Positions 35,601 to 48,664 of a stretch of 64,000 nt of DNA are shown here, piece after piece. The position numbers and the translations under genes are program-made. This DNA comes from Mobula hypostoma (lineage: Eukaryota), in NCBI RefSeq assembly GCF_963921235.1, contig NC_086108.1, positions 101,992,001 to 102,056,000 on the forward strand. Reading direction: 5' to 3'. The notes below the pieces were generated by a model. That model saw only the letters and a program-made list of their open reading frames with translations, did no database searches and was not told the origin of the DNA. Every line of letters begins with the position of its first letter. Positions within the stretch are counted from its first letter, which is position 1.

Positions 35601-37490
35601 TTTTTCTGTTTTCTATTTATGATTTATAATTTAAATTTTTAATATTTACTATCAATTTGTAATCCAGGGAGCAGGAAGCGCAGAATGAAATATCGCTGTG
35701 ATGATTGTACGTTCTAGTATCAATTGTTTGGCGACAATAAAGTATAAAGTATAAGTATTAAAGAGAAGGTGCTTGGGAATCTGAAAGATCTGAAGGCTAA
35801 CTTCAGTGGTCGGGAAGACATTGGGGTCCATCGTTAAGCGTGAGGTTTCAGAGTATTTAGAGGCACCCGATAAAATAGACTAAAGTCATCATGGTTTCCT
35901 TAATGGGAAGGGGATATCCTGCCTGAAAAAAATGTTTAAATTCTTTGAGGAAATAACAGGGAGGATAGCCAAAGAAGGGTCAGTAGAAGTTGTTTACTTG
36001 AATTTGCAGGAAGTCATTGATAAAGTGCCACACTTTAGGCTGTTTAACAAGATAAGACACTATTGTATTACATGAAATATCTAGCATGTTCACCAGTTAG
36101 CTGCTAGTGACATGACAGAAAAGATAACATCTACAGAAAATTATGCATGAAGAAACAAAGCAAAGTGTATAAATTAAATATTGTAAGGTACAGAACAAGA
36201 CCGAAAGAAGCTGCAGAAGATCGTGAACACGGCACAGCACATCACACAAACCAATCTTCCGTCCTTGGACTCACTTTACACCGCACGCTGTTGGAGCAGT
36301 GCTGCCAGGATAATCAAGGACACGACCCACCCAGCCAACACACTTTTCGTCCCTCTTCCCTCCGGGAGAAGTCTCTGGAGCTTGAAGACTCGTACGGCCG
36401 GATTTGGGAACAGCTTCTTTCCAACTGTGATAAGACTGCTGAACGGATCCTGACCTGGATCTGGGTTGTACCCTCCAAATATCCGGACCTGCCTCTCGGT
36501 TTTTTTTTGCACTACCTTACTTTCCATTTTTCTATTTTCTATTTATGATTTATATTTTAAAATTTTTAATATTTACTCATTTTTAACATTTTTAATATTT
36601 AATATTTGTAATCCAGGGAGCAGGAAGCGCAGAATCAGATATCGCTGTGATGATTGTACATTCTAGTTGAATTGTTCAGTGACAATAAAGTATAAAGTAT
36701 AAAGATTAACTGGTGACACTTAGAATGTGATGTGGCAGGGAGCTCAGAAGCCTAATGCCTGAGGGATGAAACTGTTTCCCATCTTCACTGTTTTTGGTTT
36801 TATGTGTCGAAGTCTCCTGCCTGTATGCGGCGCTCCTGATAAATGTTCCTGATGGATGGTAGGGAGACCCTTATGATCCTTTCAGCCATTCTCACAGTGC
36901 TTTGTAGGGACTTCCAGTCCAATGCTTAGCTGCTCCCATACCAGATGGATATGCAACTTGTCACGATGTTCTTAACAATGCTCTGATAAAATTCTCGTAA
37001 GATGGTGGTGGGCCCCCATTTGCCTCAATCTCCTTAAGAAGTGGAGGTGCTTCTGTGCCTTCTTGTTCAGGGAGGTGATAGTAAGGAACCAGGTGAGGTC
37101 ATCCATGATGTGAACTCCCAGGAACTTGATGTGCTTAACTCTCTCTCCAGAAGAGCCATCCATTCGCAGAGGGGCATAGTTCATGTGCACCTTCTGAAAT
37201 GTACAAGGATTTCCACAAGAAAAGATTTACAAGGATGTTGCTAGGACAAGAAGGCCTGGGAGAGGTTGGCTACACTGGATCTTTATTCCTTGGATCATAG
37301 CAGAGTGCAGCGTGATCTGAAAGAAATATTGATAATTATGAGAGGTATGGGTAAGGTGGATGTTAAAGGCCTTTTCCCAGGATAGAGGAGTCTAAAACTA
37401 GGCAGCATGGATTTAGGGTGAGGGAAAAGATTTAAAAAGGACCTAAGCAGCACCTTTTTCACACGGAGAGCAGTGTGTATTTTACCCTTC
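32670..37490 (+). mobile_element. Mosaic of old CR1 fragments with inserted Neptune (~33825-34830, +) and Rex1 pieces (~35560-35757 +, ~36200-36700 +, ~36700-37200 -)
   Basis: CR1 EN peptides (GVALLVKNEI, IYRPPN); Neptune peptides (IGETHRKLGDCFVEH); Rex1 peptides (FGNSFFPTVIRLLN, KFLGVHI). Confidence 0.75.
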
Positions 37491-37512
37491 ATAGGGACAT
37501 TTAATTTATCGC

Positions 37513-37760
37513 CTCAGCCATCATCATAAAACTTCCATTCCATCGAAGGACCACTGGGACATTTAGTGATAGCTGTCACATTGGCATATAGGATCTTTCA
37601 TTAATTTCCACATAGATAATCATTGCGCTGGTGGAATCCTTTTAGCTGATGTGTGCGTTGACGTTGACTGGGGGAGCTTTTGCAGTTGATGTGATGTTAC
37701 CATGGTTGTTACAATCTGTTCCATTCTAGATTTCAGGATGCTGTAGATCCAATATCCAGT
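37513..37760 (-). pseudogene. CLCA: Decayed CLCA exon (beta-sheet-rich domain; equivalent of the G.W.YS...LLDNGAG exon)
   Basis: Acceptor tgttacccAG, phase 0. TGYWIYSILKSRMEQIVTTMVTS / STAKAPPVNVNAHIS*KDSTSAMIIYVEI / ILYANVTAITKCPSGPSMEWKFYDDG*; two frameshifts, two stops, donor degraded to GC. Confidence 0.85.
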
Positions 37761-38416
37761 CTGGGTAACATCAATTATTTTTAAGACATAGGAGCCCTCT
37801 CAAAAACCTTTCCATATGGTCCAGCAAAGTCTCAAATTTCATTCCTTGCTTCTTGAACTTTGATCTATGTTGCGTGCTAGGGAGAGAACAAATGGCTGGA
37901 ATACTTCTGATTGCTATTCGGACAATGGCATCAGAAATGTTTTGTAACCTTGAGTGACTTAATTATAATGCTTCCCCTGGTTGACTTGAAAAATAATTGA
38001 ATTAGGGCAGCCTTCTAGTGTAGCAGTTAGTGTAACGGTATTATAGCAACAGCTGTCCAAAAGAAACTTTCCAAAGAAGCTCTCTAAAGAGAGGATGAGA
38101 CAACTTTAGCTGACAAAGGAAGTTAAAGACTGCATAAAATCAAGAGAGGGTTTATAATTTTGCAAAAGTTAATGAAACAGTAGAGAATTAGGAGACTTTT
38201 CAAAAGACCTGCAGAAGGCAACTAAAAAGAAATAAAGGGAGAAAAGATTTAGTATAAAAGTAAATTAGCCAATAATATAAAAGATATTTTGTAATGTGTA
38301 AAGAGTAAAAGATACACAAGAGTGGACACCAAATTGCTGGAAAATGATGCTGGAAATGATATAATGTGTGATGGGAGACCTAGGCATGGATGGTTAGGAC
38401 CCAAGTGCTGGAGTAT

Positions 38417-39211
38417 TGTTACAAACTGTAACATCTTAGAAACAAACTAGCAGCAATAGGGTTCACACTGGAGCCTGGGTTTGATGTTAAAACCACTATC
38501 TTTATTAGTATCTACTTATAATATAGCAACTTAACCAAGATAAACAAAAGTTAACAGTGTTATGTGTATGTGTGTGTGTAAATATAACTCCCAAACTATT
38601 GAGCTCGGGAGAACAAGGCTTAAGGTCTTGAGATGGTAAAATATAAAAGTTCAGTTCAGCCACAGAATAAATGGTAAGAGAGAGATATTTTTAATCCAGG
38701 ATAAATGTAGCGAGAAGGCAATTACGTCTAATTCCACAGGTAATTAATAAATATTTGTTGTCGAAGATCCTCCATCAAGCCGTTCCAAATCCACATACGA
38801 TTTGTCACCAAAGTGATCTGTCACAGGGATGTCGTCTGCAAGGGGTTACCACATAACATAACCAGGCAAGCGTTAACTTCGAGTGGTCACACAGGACATT
38901 CCTTAATCCACTCCTATGGATTATATGAAGCGACAGCCACACATTCGATGTGCACTGGATCGATAATCAACCCACCGTTGTGGGTATAGCAGAGTTCCAA
39001 ATCCCCAGCTTCGACAAGCTGGAACTGCTACCTTTTCCAGGTTTGCTCCTCTCTCTCTCTCTTCTGACTTCTGACTGTGACTGTCTGTGTCCATGTTTCT
39101 AAAGGTAAACAAGCTGTGAGTCAGTCAGTGAACAACATCATAGTCCTGCCTCACTGAAGCACTCTTTTAAAGTGACAGTCCACAGCAAACAAAACCTGCG
39201 AGTTCGGAACA
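38417..39211 (-). mobile_element. Solo LTR with 4-bp TSD GTAT, inserted in the LTR of the old Gypsy
   Basis: TGTTAC...GGAACA; GTAT at 38413-38416 and 39212-39215; AATAAA on the minus strand near 38501. Confidence 0.85.
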
Positions 39212-42200
39212 GTATCCAAGACATGATACGAGATTGAAATGAGAACAAGGATCTAAACTAGACTTTAGATGACAATCCAAGGTAGAGCACCTCAGTTCAG
39301 GTGCTCTTTTAATATTAAAATCTTGGCTCCAAAACCTAGCGCCAATTAGCAGAGCAGGCCTGAGTCTTTAAAGGGGCTGAGATAGCTATCCATATTCCAG
39401 AAGGTCAGAGCGTCTAAACCCCGGGAGCTGCTGTAGTCGGATGCATATAACAATCCCTTGCACTAGTCTATTTTTCCTTGCAGTGTCGGTCAAGGTCTTC
39501 AGTCACAGGTACCCCAACCTTGGCCTCCTGTTCAGGGAAGAGAGGTGGAGAATACCCAAATTGGCATTTGACTGGGGACATCCCATGAGCAGAATGCTGG
39601 GCGACTTCTGCCCACAGCAAATGGTTGCACTATGTGTCTCATGTCTGGTTTTTCTGAGGCTAGGCATCGCAGAGTTCCTGGTTCCCCCCTTTGTCTGGTC
39701 ATTGAACTGCGGATGAAGCCAAGAGTACCGACTCACTGCAGCCCTAGTCAGCATACAAAATGCCCTCCAAAAATATGTTGTGAGTTGTGGACCAGATCTG
39801 ACACCTTGTCCACCAGAAAGCCAATGGATTCTGAAGACCTCATGCAGAACAATCTCAGCCGTCTCCACTGCAAACAGTAGTTTGTCCAATGCAATGAATT
39901 TGCAGGCCTTTGAAAATCAATCTACAATTACCATAATGATGGTCTTCCCCTTGAAAGGTGGAAGACCTGTGACAAGGTCTATGGAGAAGTGTGCCCAGGG
40001 CCTGTCTGAGACCTTGAGGTTGGGTCAGAGCTGTTCTTGGGAATCTTCCCTTGTGCCTGGGCCTTGCAAACAAGTGCATGAATTCCCCAACAAATGGGGA
40101 CTGTCACCTTAGCTCGGGGAAAAATGGTGGTAGACTGCTCCTCTCTTTCGGGTCCATCAAATTGCCAAGACAAGGTATTCGGTTTTTGATTCTTTGACCC
40201 CAGTCAGTAGGTCAGAACAAAATTGAAACGGTTAAAGAAAAGGGACCACCTGACCTACCTGAAATTCAGACTTTTGTCTTGGCACCCTCAAGCCAGTGAC
40301 ACCATTCCTCCAATGCCAACTTGACTGCAAGCAGCTCTCTATTTCTGATCTCATAGTTCACCTCTGCCGGGGATATACACCTAGAGAAGAATGCTCACAG
40401 GTGCAGTTTATTGTCTGTAAAGGGTTCATTAAGACAACACTGCACCAACTCTGACATCTAAGGTGCTAACAGTCATGATGAAGGGAAGGTCTGGGTTAGA
40501 TGAAACCAAAATGGGAGCTGTCATGAAGCACTGCTGGAGTGCTGCAAAAGCAGCCTCCACTTTGGTAGTCCAAGGGTCATGTGGATTTCTTAGTTAGTGC
40601 TGTCAGTGGAGTGTAGTTCCTGATGAACTGTTGCACAGGGCGACTGAGGAGAACCCAAGTGCAGGACACCGGCACGTCGACTGAGTTGGGGATGCTAGTG
40701 TAGATGTAGAACAGCAACCCGGAGGAATCTTGACAAGGAGACGGGATTTACAGGGGCTATATGGAAATTAGAGCTGAACTTGGAATTAAACTTAGAAGTA
40801 ACGATTCTAATCGGACAAGAGAACAAAGTATTACACGAGAATGGACCAACAAACTGGCAAACTGTGTAGTGACGCCATTGTACTTATTTCACAGTCTGAT
40901 CCAAACCAGGAGTACTGTAATTAAGTAAACTAGCAGCAATTGGGAATCCAATGGCTGAAATTGGGGCATAATCAGGGAGAAAGGAGTGTTAAAGGGGAAC
41001 AGCCAAACGGAACCATGACAGTTTCCCTCCCTCAACAGGAGCCTCCTGGCAATCCCCCTGGCTTGTCTGGATGGTCCCAATGGAAATCCCGGATGAGAGA
41101 AGGGTCTAGTATTTAGGAGCGGGGAATCCAGGAACGTTCCTCCGGGCCGTACCCCTCCCAGTCGACCAGGTGCTGGAGACCACTGCCCTGATGGCAGACA
41201 TCCAATTACCGCCGGACGGTGTACGCCGGATGGTCGTCAATGATCCGGCGGCAGAGGGAGGGGTTCGGTCGGAGGGCACAAGGGACTGACAGAAACCGGA
41301 CTTAACTGGGAGACATGAAATGTAGGATGGAATTGCATAGATGTAGGTAGTTTGAGCTAGATTGCCTTGGGGTTGATAATGCTCTCAACCCCGAAAGGTC
41401 CCAGGGAGCGGGGGGCGAGCTTCTTGGGCTCATTCTTCAGAAGAGTGTCTCTAGGCAACAGCCACACCATCTGCCCAGGTCAATATGGGTACTCAGGAGC
41501 AGAGGTACGATGGCGGTCCGCAATTTTTCGGTTACGGTTGGCTGAGCGAAGCAGGTCCGTGCGTGTGTCTTCCCAGATTCTTGGCACCTGTGTATATTGG
41601 CCTGGACTGACGGCAATGCAATCTCTTCTTCCTGGGCAGGAAACAACGGGGGTTGATAACCAAGAGATCATTCAAAAGGAGATTTTCCGGTCGCGGTACT
41701 AACCAGAGAGTTGTGGGCGTATTCTACCCATGCTAGATGGTTGCTTCAGGTAGACGAGTTGTTGGCTGTTATACAACGTAACGCCGCCTCCAATTCCTTG
41801 TTGACCCGCTCCATTTGCCCATTTGTCTGTGGGTGAAAACTGGATGGTAGGCTAACTGAGGCACCAAGGGCTCGACAAAAAAGGTCTCCAAACTTGCGAA
41901 ATGAATTGAGGTCCCCGGTCGGAGACAATATCTGAAGGGATTCCGTGAAGTTGGAAAAAGTGGGTGAGGAGATGGTCTGGGGTCTCCTGCGAGGAAGGGA
42001 GTTTAGGGAAGGCTACAAAATGCACCGACTTGGAGAAACGGTCCACCACAGTGAGTACAGCAGTATTTCCACGTGAAGGGGGTAGCCTGGTGACGAAATC
42101 CAGTGCGATGTGTGACCAGGGACAGGCAGGGGACAAAGCAATCCCACAGATGACTGATGGGAAGCTTTTCCACGGGCGCAGACGGAACATGCAGAGACAT

Positions 42201-44713
42201 AGGAACGGCGTCCGTGGAGGGCCACCAGAAATGTCTCTTCAGAAGCGTCAGATTCTGATCGATTCCAGGGTGGCACGTGAAACGAGAAGCGTGGCCCCAT
42301 TGGAGAACCTGCAATCGGACAGAATCAGGTACAAAGAGGCGATTGGGAGGTCCGATGCCTGGGTCAGGTTGAATCCGTTGGGCCTCTTTGACTCTGGATT
42401 CGATCTCCCAGACAAGGGCAGCCACCACACAGGATGGTGGAAGGATGGTCTCGGGATTGGGAATGTCCTCCTCGAAAACGTATTGACAGGAGAGAGCATC
42501 GGGCTTCCTGTTCTTGGACCCCGGACGATAGGTGTGGGTAAACCTGAACCAGCCAAAAAATAATGCCCAACGGGCCTGGCGAGAATTCAGGCGTTTGGCA
42601 GTCTGGATATATTCAAGGTTCTTATGGTCTGTCCAGACGATGAACGGGTGTTCCGCCCCCTCCAACCAGTGTCTCCATTCTTCCAACGCCAGTTTGACCG
42701 CCAGTAGCTCCCAGTTCCCCACGTCGTAATTTCATTCAGCGGGAGACTGTCGGTGAGAGAGGGAGGCACAGGGATGTAGTTTCTGATCCAGGCTCGAAAG
42801 TTGGGACAGTACCGCTTCCACCCCGGAGTCGGAGGCGTCAACCTCCACAATGAATTGACAGGACGGGTCCGGAAATGCTGAGTCCGCCTCGGAGTTCCAA
42901 AGGAACGTGTGGCAGGCGAGGCAAGTTGGGTCAGGGGGAGCTGCCACCTGACTGTAGTTTCTGAGGAACCGGCAATAGAAATTCACAAACCCCAGGAACC
43001 GTTGGAGTTGCTTGCGGTCCGTGGGTTTGGGCCACTCCGCCACAGCCCGGATCTTCTCAGGATCAGCTCTCACCTGTCTGCTCTCGATTATATAACCTAG
43101 GAAGCTGACCGAGGGGACGTGGAATTCGCACTTCTCTGCCTTTACGAATAATTTATTCTCCCCCAGCCTCTGCAGGACTTGGCGGGCATGATGAACGTGT
43201 TGCTGAGGACTGCTGGAAAAGATTAGGATGTCATCCAGATAGACAAACACAAAGCGGTTGATAAAGTCTCTTAGTACATCGTTAGTCGAGGCTTGAAAAA
43301 CTGCGGGGGCATTGGTGAGGCCAAAAGGCATGGCCAAGTACTCGAAGTGGCCTAAAGGGGTATTGAATGCTGTCTTCCACTCGTCCCCCTCCCTTATCCG
43401 GACCAGGTGGTAGGCGCTTCGTAGGTCCAGCTTCGAGAAGATGGCGGCTCCGTGAAGTGGTTCGAACGCAGAACTTATCAGAGGCAGTGGGTACTTGTTC
43501 TTTATGGTTGTATGATTTAGGCCTTGGTAATTGATGCAAGGACGTAGTGAACCATCCTTCTTCCCCACGAAGAAGAACCCTGCGCCCACCGGGGAGGATG
43601 AGGGTCGGATGATGCCCGCCATGGGAGATTCACTGATGTAACCCTCCATTGCTTCCCTCTCTGGCCAGGACAAGTTATACAACCGACTGGTGGGCAGAGC
43701 AGCTCCGGGGAGAAGGTTGATAGCACAATCGTATGGTTGGTGTGGAGGCAGGGAAAGGGCGCGTTGTTTACTAAACGCTTGTCCCAGGTCGTGGTACTCC
43801 GCTGGAACCCTGGACAAGTCAGGGGGTTCAACAGCAGGTGAGATCGTAGTGGTTTTTACAGGGGAAAGGGCCAACTGTAGACAAGTGGCGTGACAAAACG
43901 GACTCCAGCTGGCTATCTTCCTGGTGAACCAGTCAATGTAAGGATTATGGCAGCTTAACCAGGGGTACCCAAGAACTATTGGAGCTTGAAGAGAGGAGAT
44001 CAAGTTAAATTGTACATGTTCCCGATGGTTCCCAGAGAGAATCAAAGACAGTGGTGGGGTACAGTAAGTGACTCGGGCCAGAAGTCTTCCATCCAGTGCC
44101 CGGGCTTCCAGAGGGGTACTCAACGGCTCCTGAGGAATTCCGGCCTGGGAAGCTATGTTTTCATCCAACAGATTCCCCTCAGCACCGGAGTCTATCAAGG
44201 CAGACAAGGACAGGGACTGTTGGTTGTAGCTTACAGTGGCTTAGATTTGCATCCGGGATTGGGGGACAGAAGGGAATATGGTCTGACTCACCAGAGTCCC
44301 CCTTTCTACTGGTGAGCACTCCCTTTTGGCCGAAGGGAAGAGGTAGCACGGAAATGGCCAGACTGGCCACAATAGAAACAATCCCCTGCTCTGAATCTCC
44401 GGAGTCGCTCTGAGGGAGAAAGACGGCTCTGTCCCAGCTGCATTGGTTCCTCTTCCGGGGTGGTGGAAATGGCAGGGCTGGGTGCTATGCTAAGAGCGGG
44501 AGAAGGAGAATTAGGGCTGGGAGTAGACGGTAAAGCATGCCGTGGGGTGGCCAGAGGAGTTGGATGACCGGTTCTCTCTCTCCCTGACGTTCTTGGAGTC
44601 GATTGTCCAGCCTGGTGGCTAGGGAGATCAATGAATCCAGGCTGTTAGTGTCATAGTGTCATCCCTAGCTGCCAACGCGTCCTTTACCTTGTCACAGAGG
44701 CCTTGCCGGAATA

Positions 44714-45570
44714 TTTTATAGTCATAGTCATAGTAGTACTTTATTGATCCCGGGGGAAATTGGTTGGTTATACTTTATTGTCGCCAAACAGTTGGTACTA
44801 GAACATACAATCATCACAGCGATATTTGATTCTGCGCTTCTCACTCCCTAGATCACAAATATTAAATATTAAAGATATTAAAAATAGTTAAAATTAGTAA
44901 ATATTAAAATTTTAAATTATAAATGATAAATAGAAAATAGAAAAGTAGGAAGTAAGGTAGTGCAAAAAAACCGAGAGGCAGGTCTGGATATGTGGAGGTT
45001 ATGGTCCAGATCCGGGTCAGGATCCGTTCAGCAGTCTCATCACAGTTGGAAAGAAGTTGTTCCCAAATCTGGCTGTACGAGTCTTCAAGCTCCTGAACCT
45101 TATCCCGGAGGGAAGAGGGATGAAAAGTCTGTTGGCTGGGTGGGTCGTTGTCCCTGATTATCCTGGTAACACTGCTCCGACAGCGTGCAGTGTAAAGTGA
45201 GTCCATGGATGGAAGATTGGTTTGTGTGATGTGCTGCGCCGTGTTCACGATCTTCTGCAGCTTTTTTCACTCTTGGACAGGACAACTTCCATACCAGGTT
45301 GTGATGCACCCTAGAAGAATGCTTTCTACGGTGCATCTAATAAAAGTGCGGGTTTACGGGACAGGCCAAATTTCTTTAGTTTCCTCAGGAAGTAAAGGCG
45401 TTGGTGGGCCCAGATGGCGTACCAGGACGGGTTCTCCGGGCCTGTGCAAGCGAGCTAGCTGGAGTGTTTGCTGACATCTTCAACTGCTCCTTGCTTCAGT
45501 CTAAGATCCCCTCGTGTTTTAAGAAGGCAACGATAATCCAAGTGCCGAAGAAGAGCAAGGTGGCATGCCT
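44714..45570 (-). mobile_element. Rex1/Babar insertion with 5' inversion, in chromovirus gag; TSD GAATA
   Basis: Minus 3' part ~44768-45409 ([16 protein letters not shown]...), plus-strand part 45406-45575 ([13 protein letters not shown]...ACLN); GAATA at 44709-44713 and 45571-45575; a second short LINE tail at ~44714-44767. Confidence 0.85.
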
Positions 45571-45852
45571 GAATACCTCCTGAAGTGCCTCATCACTCCA
45601 GCCCGAGTCGGTCGCTAGCGTTCGGAACTCCACGGAGTATTCGACAACCTGCGTGAGCCTGGATGGAGGGTGAGTAGCCGCTTAGCGGCATCTTTACCGT
45701 GGACTGGATGGTCAAAAATCTTCCTTATTTCTGAGATGAAGGTGGGGAAGGAAGAGCAGGTCTCTGGCTGATTATCCTAAACTGTGGTGGCCCACGCTAA
45801 GGCACTTCCTTGCAACAACCCCATAATGTAAGCTATCTTAGATCTATCCGTA

Positions 45853-46053
45853 AACACGAGGAAATCTGCAGGTGCTGAAATTTCAAGCAACACACAAAAA
45901 AGTTGCTGGTGAATGCAGCAGGCCAGGCACCATCTATAGGAAGAGGTACAGTCGACGTTTCGGGCCGAGACCTTTCATCAGGACTAAATGAAAGAAGAGC
46001 TAGCAAGAGATCTCCAGCAATCTAGTAATCTCTTACTAGCTCTTCTTTCAGTT
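45853..46053 (-). mobile_element. Short Penelope terminus with intact hammerhead (45950-45985) and fold-back end
   Basis: Minus strand agtcctgatgaaaggtctcggcccgaaacgtcgact; inverted repeat tgaaagaagagctagcaagagat / atctcttactagctcttctttca at ~45989-46050. Confidence 0.8.
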
Positions 46054-47536
46054 ACTCTGCCCGTTGCTGATGCTCGAACACCAAGGAGCATTGCAGCAGA
46101 AAAGCCCAGCATTTCCCCAGATCTCCGGCGAAGGGTTCTGGTTCAGGTACGTCCCCTAGCGGACGTGTTGTTGATGCATCGGGTGTCGCCACTGCAGGTT
46201 GTCAGGGCTGGTCAGACTGAGTTCCCGGAGTCAACAGGGTAAGATGGGCGGATATTCGGTCGACCTGTCCACTGACCTTTCTTACGTTTACTGACAGGGA
46301 ACGGAGGTTTTCCATGACTTCCTGGAGCAGCTGATCGTGCAAGCCCAGTAGGGACCCCTGGCTGGCGAGGGCTTGTTGCAGAGGATTCATGTCCGCTGGG
46401 TTCATTATGACCAGTTTGTTCTGTTGCACGGGGCGACTGAGGAGAACCCAAGTGCAGGACACCGGCACGTTGACTGAGTTGAGGATGCTGATGCAGACGT
46501 AGACGTAGAACAGAAACCCGGAGGAATCTTGACAAGGAGACGGGATTTACGGGGACTATCTGGAAACTAGAGCTGAACTTGGAACTAAACTTAGAACTAA
46601 TTGTTCTAATTGGACAAGAGAACAAAGTATTACAAAAGAATGGACCAACAAAATGGCAACCTGTATAGTGACGCCATCGTACCTATTTCACAGTCTCTGA
46701 TGCAAACCAGGTGTACTCTAATTAAGTAAACTAGCGGCAATTGGAAATCTAATGGCTGAAAATAGAGCATAATCAGGGAGAAAGGAGCGTTAAAGGGGAA
46801 CAGCCAAACGGAACCATGACATGAACTTTCTGTAAAAGTTGGTAAATTGTTGGACTTGTTTCACATTTGATGATTGTGGCCAATCTGTGACTGCCTGTGT
46901 CTTAGTAGAGTCCATCTTGAGATTGCCATGATAGATGATAAAACCCAATAATGAAACATCAGTTATTGAAATTCAGATTTGCCTAGCTTGTCATGATCTA
47001 GTCCATGATCTAGAAGCCGCTTCAAGCTATCTCTGATGTGAGCAACGTGATCCTCCATGGACTTGGAGCAATTTAGGTTATCATACAAGTTGATGAAAGC
47101 GTATTAATGGAGAGCACCTCAGAACATGTCGTTTTTAAAGGCCTGGAAAACTGCTGGAACATTCGCAAGCTGAAAGCCATGTACCGGTACTCATAGTGCC
47201 CTGTCTGTGTGTTGTATGCAGTCTACCACTCATCAAGAAGCCCTCGCCAGCCAGGGCTCCCTACAGGGCTTCCACGATCAGCTGCTGCAGGAAGTCATGG
47301 AAAACCTCCGTTCCCCGCAAGTCTAGCTTCAAAAATACTCTTGCTCCTTGGAGAATTTCGAAGGTGGTGTTCATGAGTAGAAGGGGATAATGATTCTTGG
47401 CAGCTATGTGATTCAACCCTTTATAATCAATGCATGGCCACAGGCTCCCGTCCTTTTTCTGTACGAAGAATAAGCCTGCCCCCTGGTGATGTGGTGGGCT
47501 GAATGAATCCCATGGCAAGAGCCTCCTTTATGTTTC

Positions 47537-48664
47537 TGTCATAAGGGGGGCATTGATGGCAGACCCAAATGCAAGACACAGACACTGAAGTACTAGGAAC
47601 AGGATTCGGTGTGTCAAGAAAGCAAGGGAAGTGGGGAAGAAAGGACACTGGACATTGACACAAGCCCTGGACGAAACTAGGATGCAGGGCCTGGGCTAGG
47701 ACAGGGACAAGAAACACAGAACCTGGACAAGGAACTGGGAACAAGGAGCCTGGACTAGGGACATGGGACTCCGGAACTAGAGCCTGGAAAAGGACCCAGA
47801 ACCTGGGTCTTGGTTGGGACTATGAAACTGGGTCTTGACTCGGGACCGGGATCCAGGTTTAGGCTAGACAAGACGTGGCTACTGGACTGAACGTGAGACT
47901 CCAGGACAGGACGAGGGAACTCCAGCACGGGGCTGGGTGAGACACATGGACAAGACGAGGACATGAAGCCTTGACTGGGACTTGGGAGACAGGAACCTCG
48001 GAACCTTGGACTTGGAACTCAGGAACATGGAACACAGGGCCAGGACCCCTCCTTGGGAGCAGGATGTAGGGCCGGGACTCATACACAGCACACAGAGCCA
48101 GGACCCCCTCCTTGGGAACAGGACTAAGGGCCAGGGCTCTTTCTGTACACAGAACAATGAACACGAAGAGACAGTTCTCTACTCAGGGTAGTGGCAAATT
48201 GTCGGACCTACCCAGCGGAGGTGAGGACATAAAGAGATGGTTCCTAACACAAGGTTGCGGCAAAAGGCCAGACCTACATAGCGAAGGCAAGAACACAGAG
48301 ACAGTTCGCAACTCAAGGTAGCGGCAAACAGCCGGACCTACCTAGTGAAGGTGAGGACACAAAGAGAGAATTCCAAACAATGACAGACTGTTCTTTATCT
48401 TGACACAGCAAGGCCCCGGTCTTGCACTGGTGGTTGAACCTGATGGCATTACAGGCGAGGTCACAGGCAAGTCTTCAGAAGGAAGGGGAATTGAAGGGAA
48501 CAGATCAGCAACTGAAGCTGAACCAAGGAAGCCAGCCCAAAATGAGAATCATGTGCCTCAATTAAGGCACACAACAGAACAAGAGAAAACTGGAAAACCT
48601 GGAATAAGGATCAATGGACCAGACCGTAAACCGGAATGCGGACTTCACTGACTGGACCATGACA
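47537..48664 (-). mobile_element. Solo LTR (Gypsy-type) with 5-bp TSD GTTTC and internal short tandem repeats
   Basis: TGTCAT...ATGACA; GTTTC at 47532-47536 and 48665-48669; related to 52663-53495 in opposite orientation. Confidence 0.88.

Larger units (their letters stand above)
40629..46821 (-). mobile_element. Full-length but inactivated sushi-like chromovirus (Ty3/Gypsy): LTR-gag-PR-RT-RH-IN-chromodomain-LTR, 5-bp TSD TGAAC
   Basis: LTRs 40629-41020 and 46422-46821 (TG..CA); TGAAC at 40624-40628 and 46822-46826; PPT at ~41021-41033; gag from MNPAD (~46405); [49 protein letters not shown]; chromodomain [14 protein letters not shown] (~41130-41170); multiple stops and frameshifts. Confidence 0.95.

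Noticed and set aside
42732..44207. 491-aa PR-RT ORF as a domesticated PEG10/RTL1-like gene
   Set aside because: It sits in an element with both LTRs and a TSD, with broken gag, RNase H and integrase; an ordinary decaying chromovirus.
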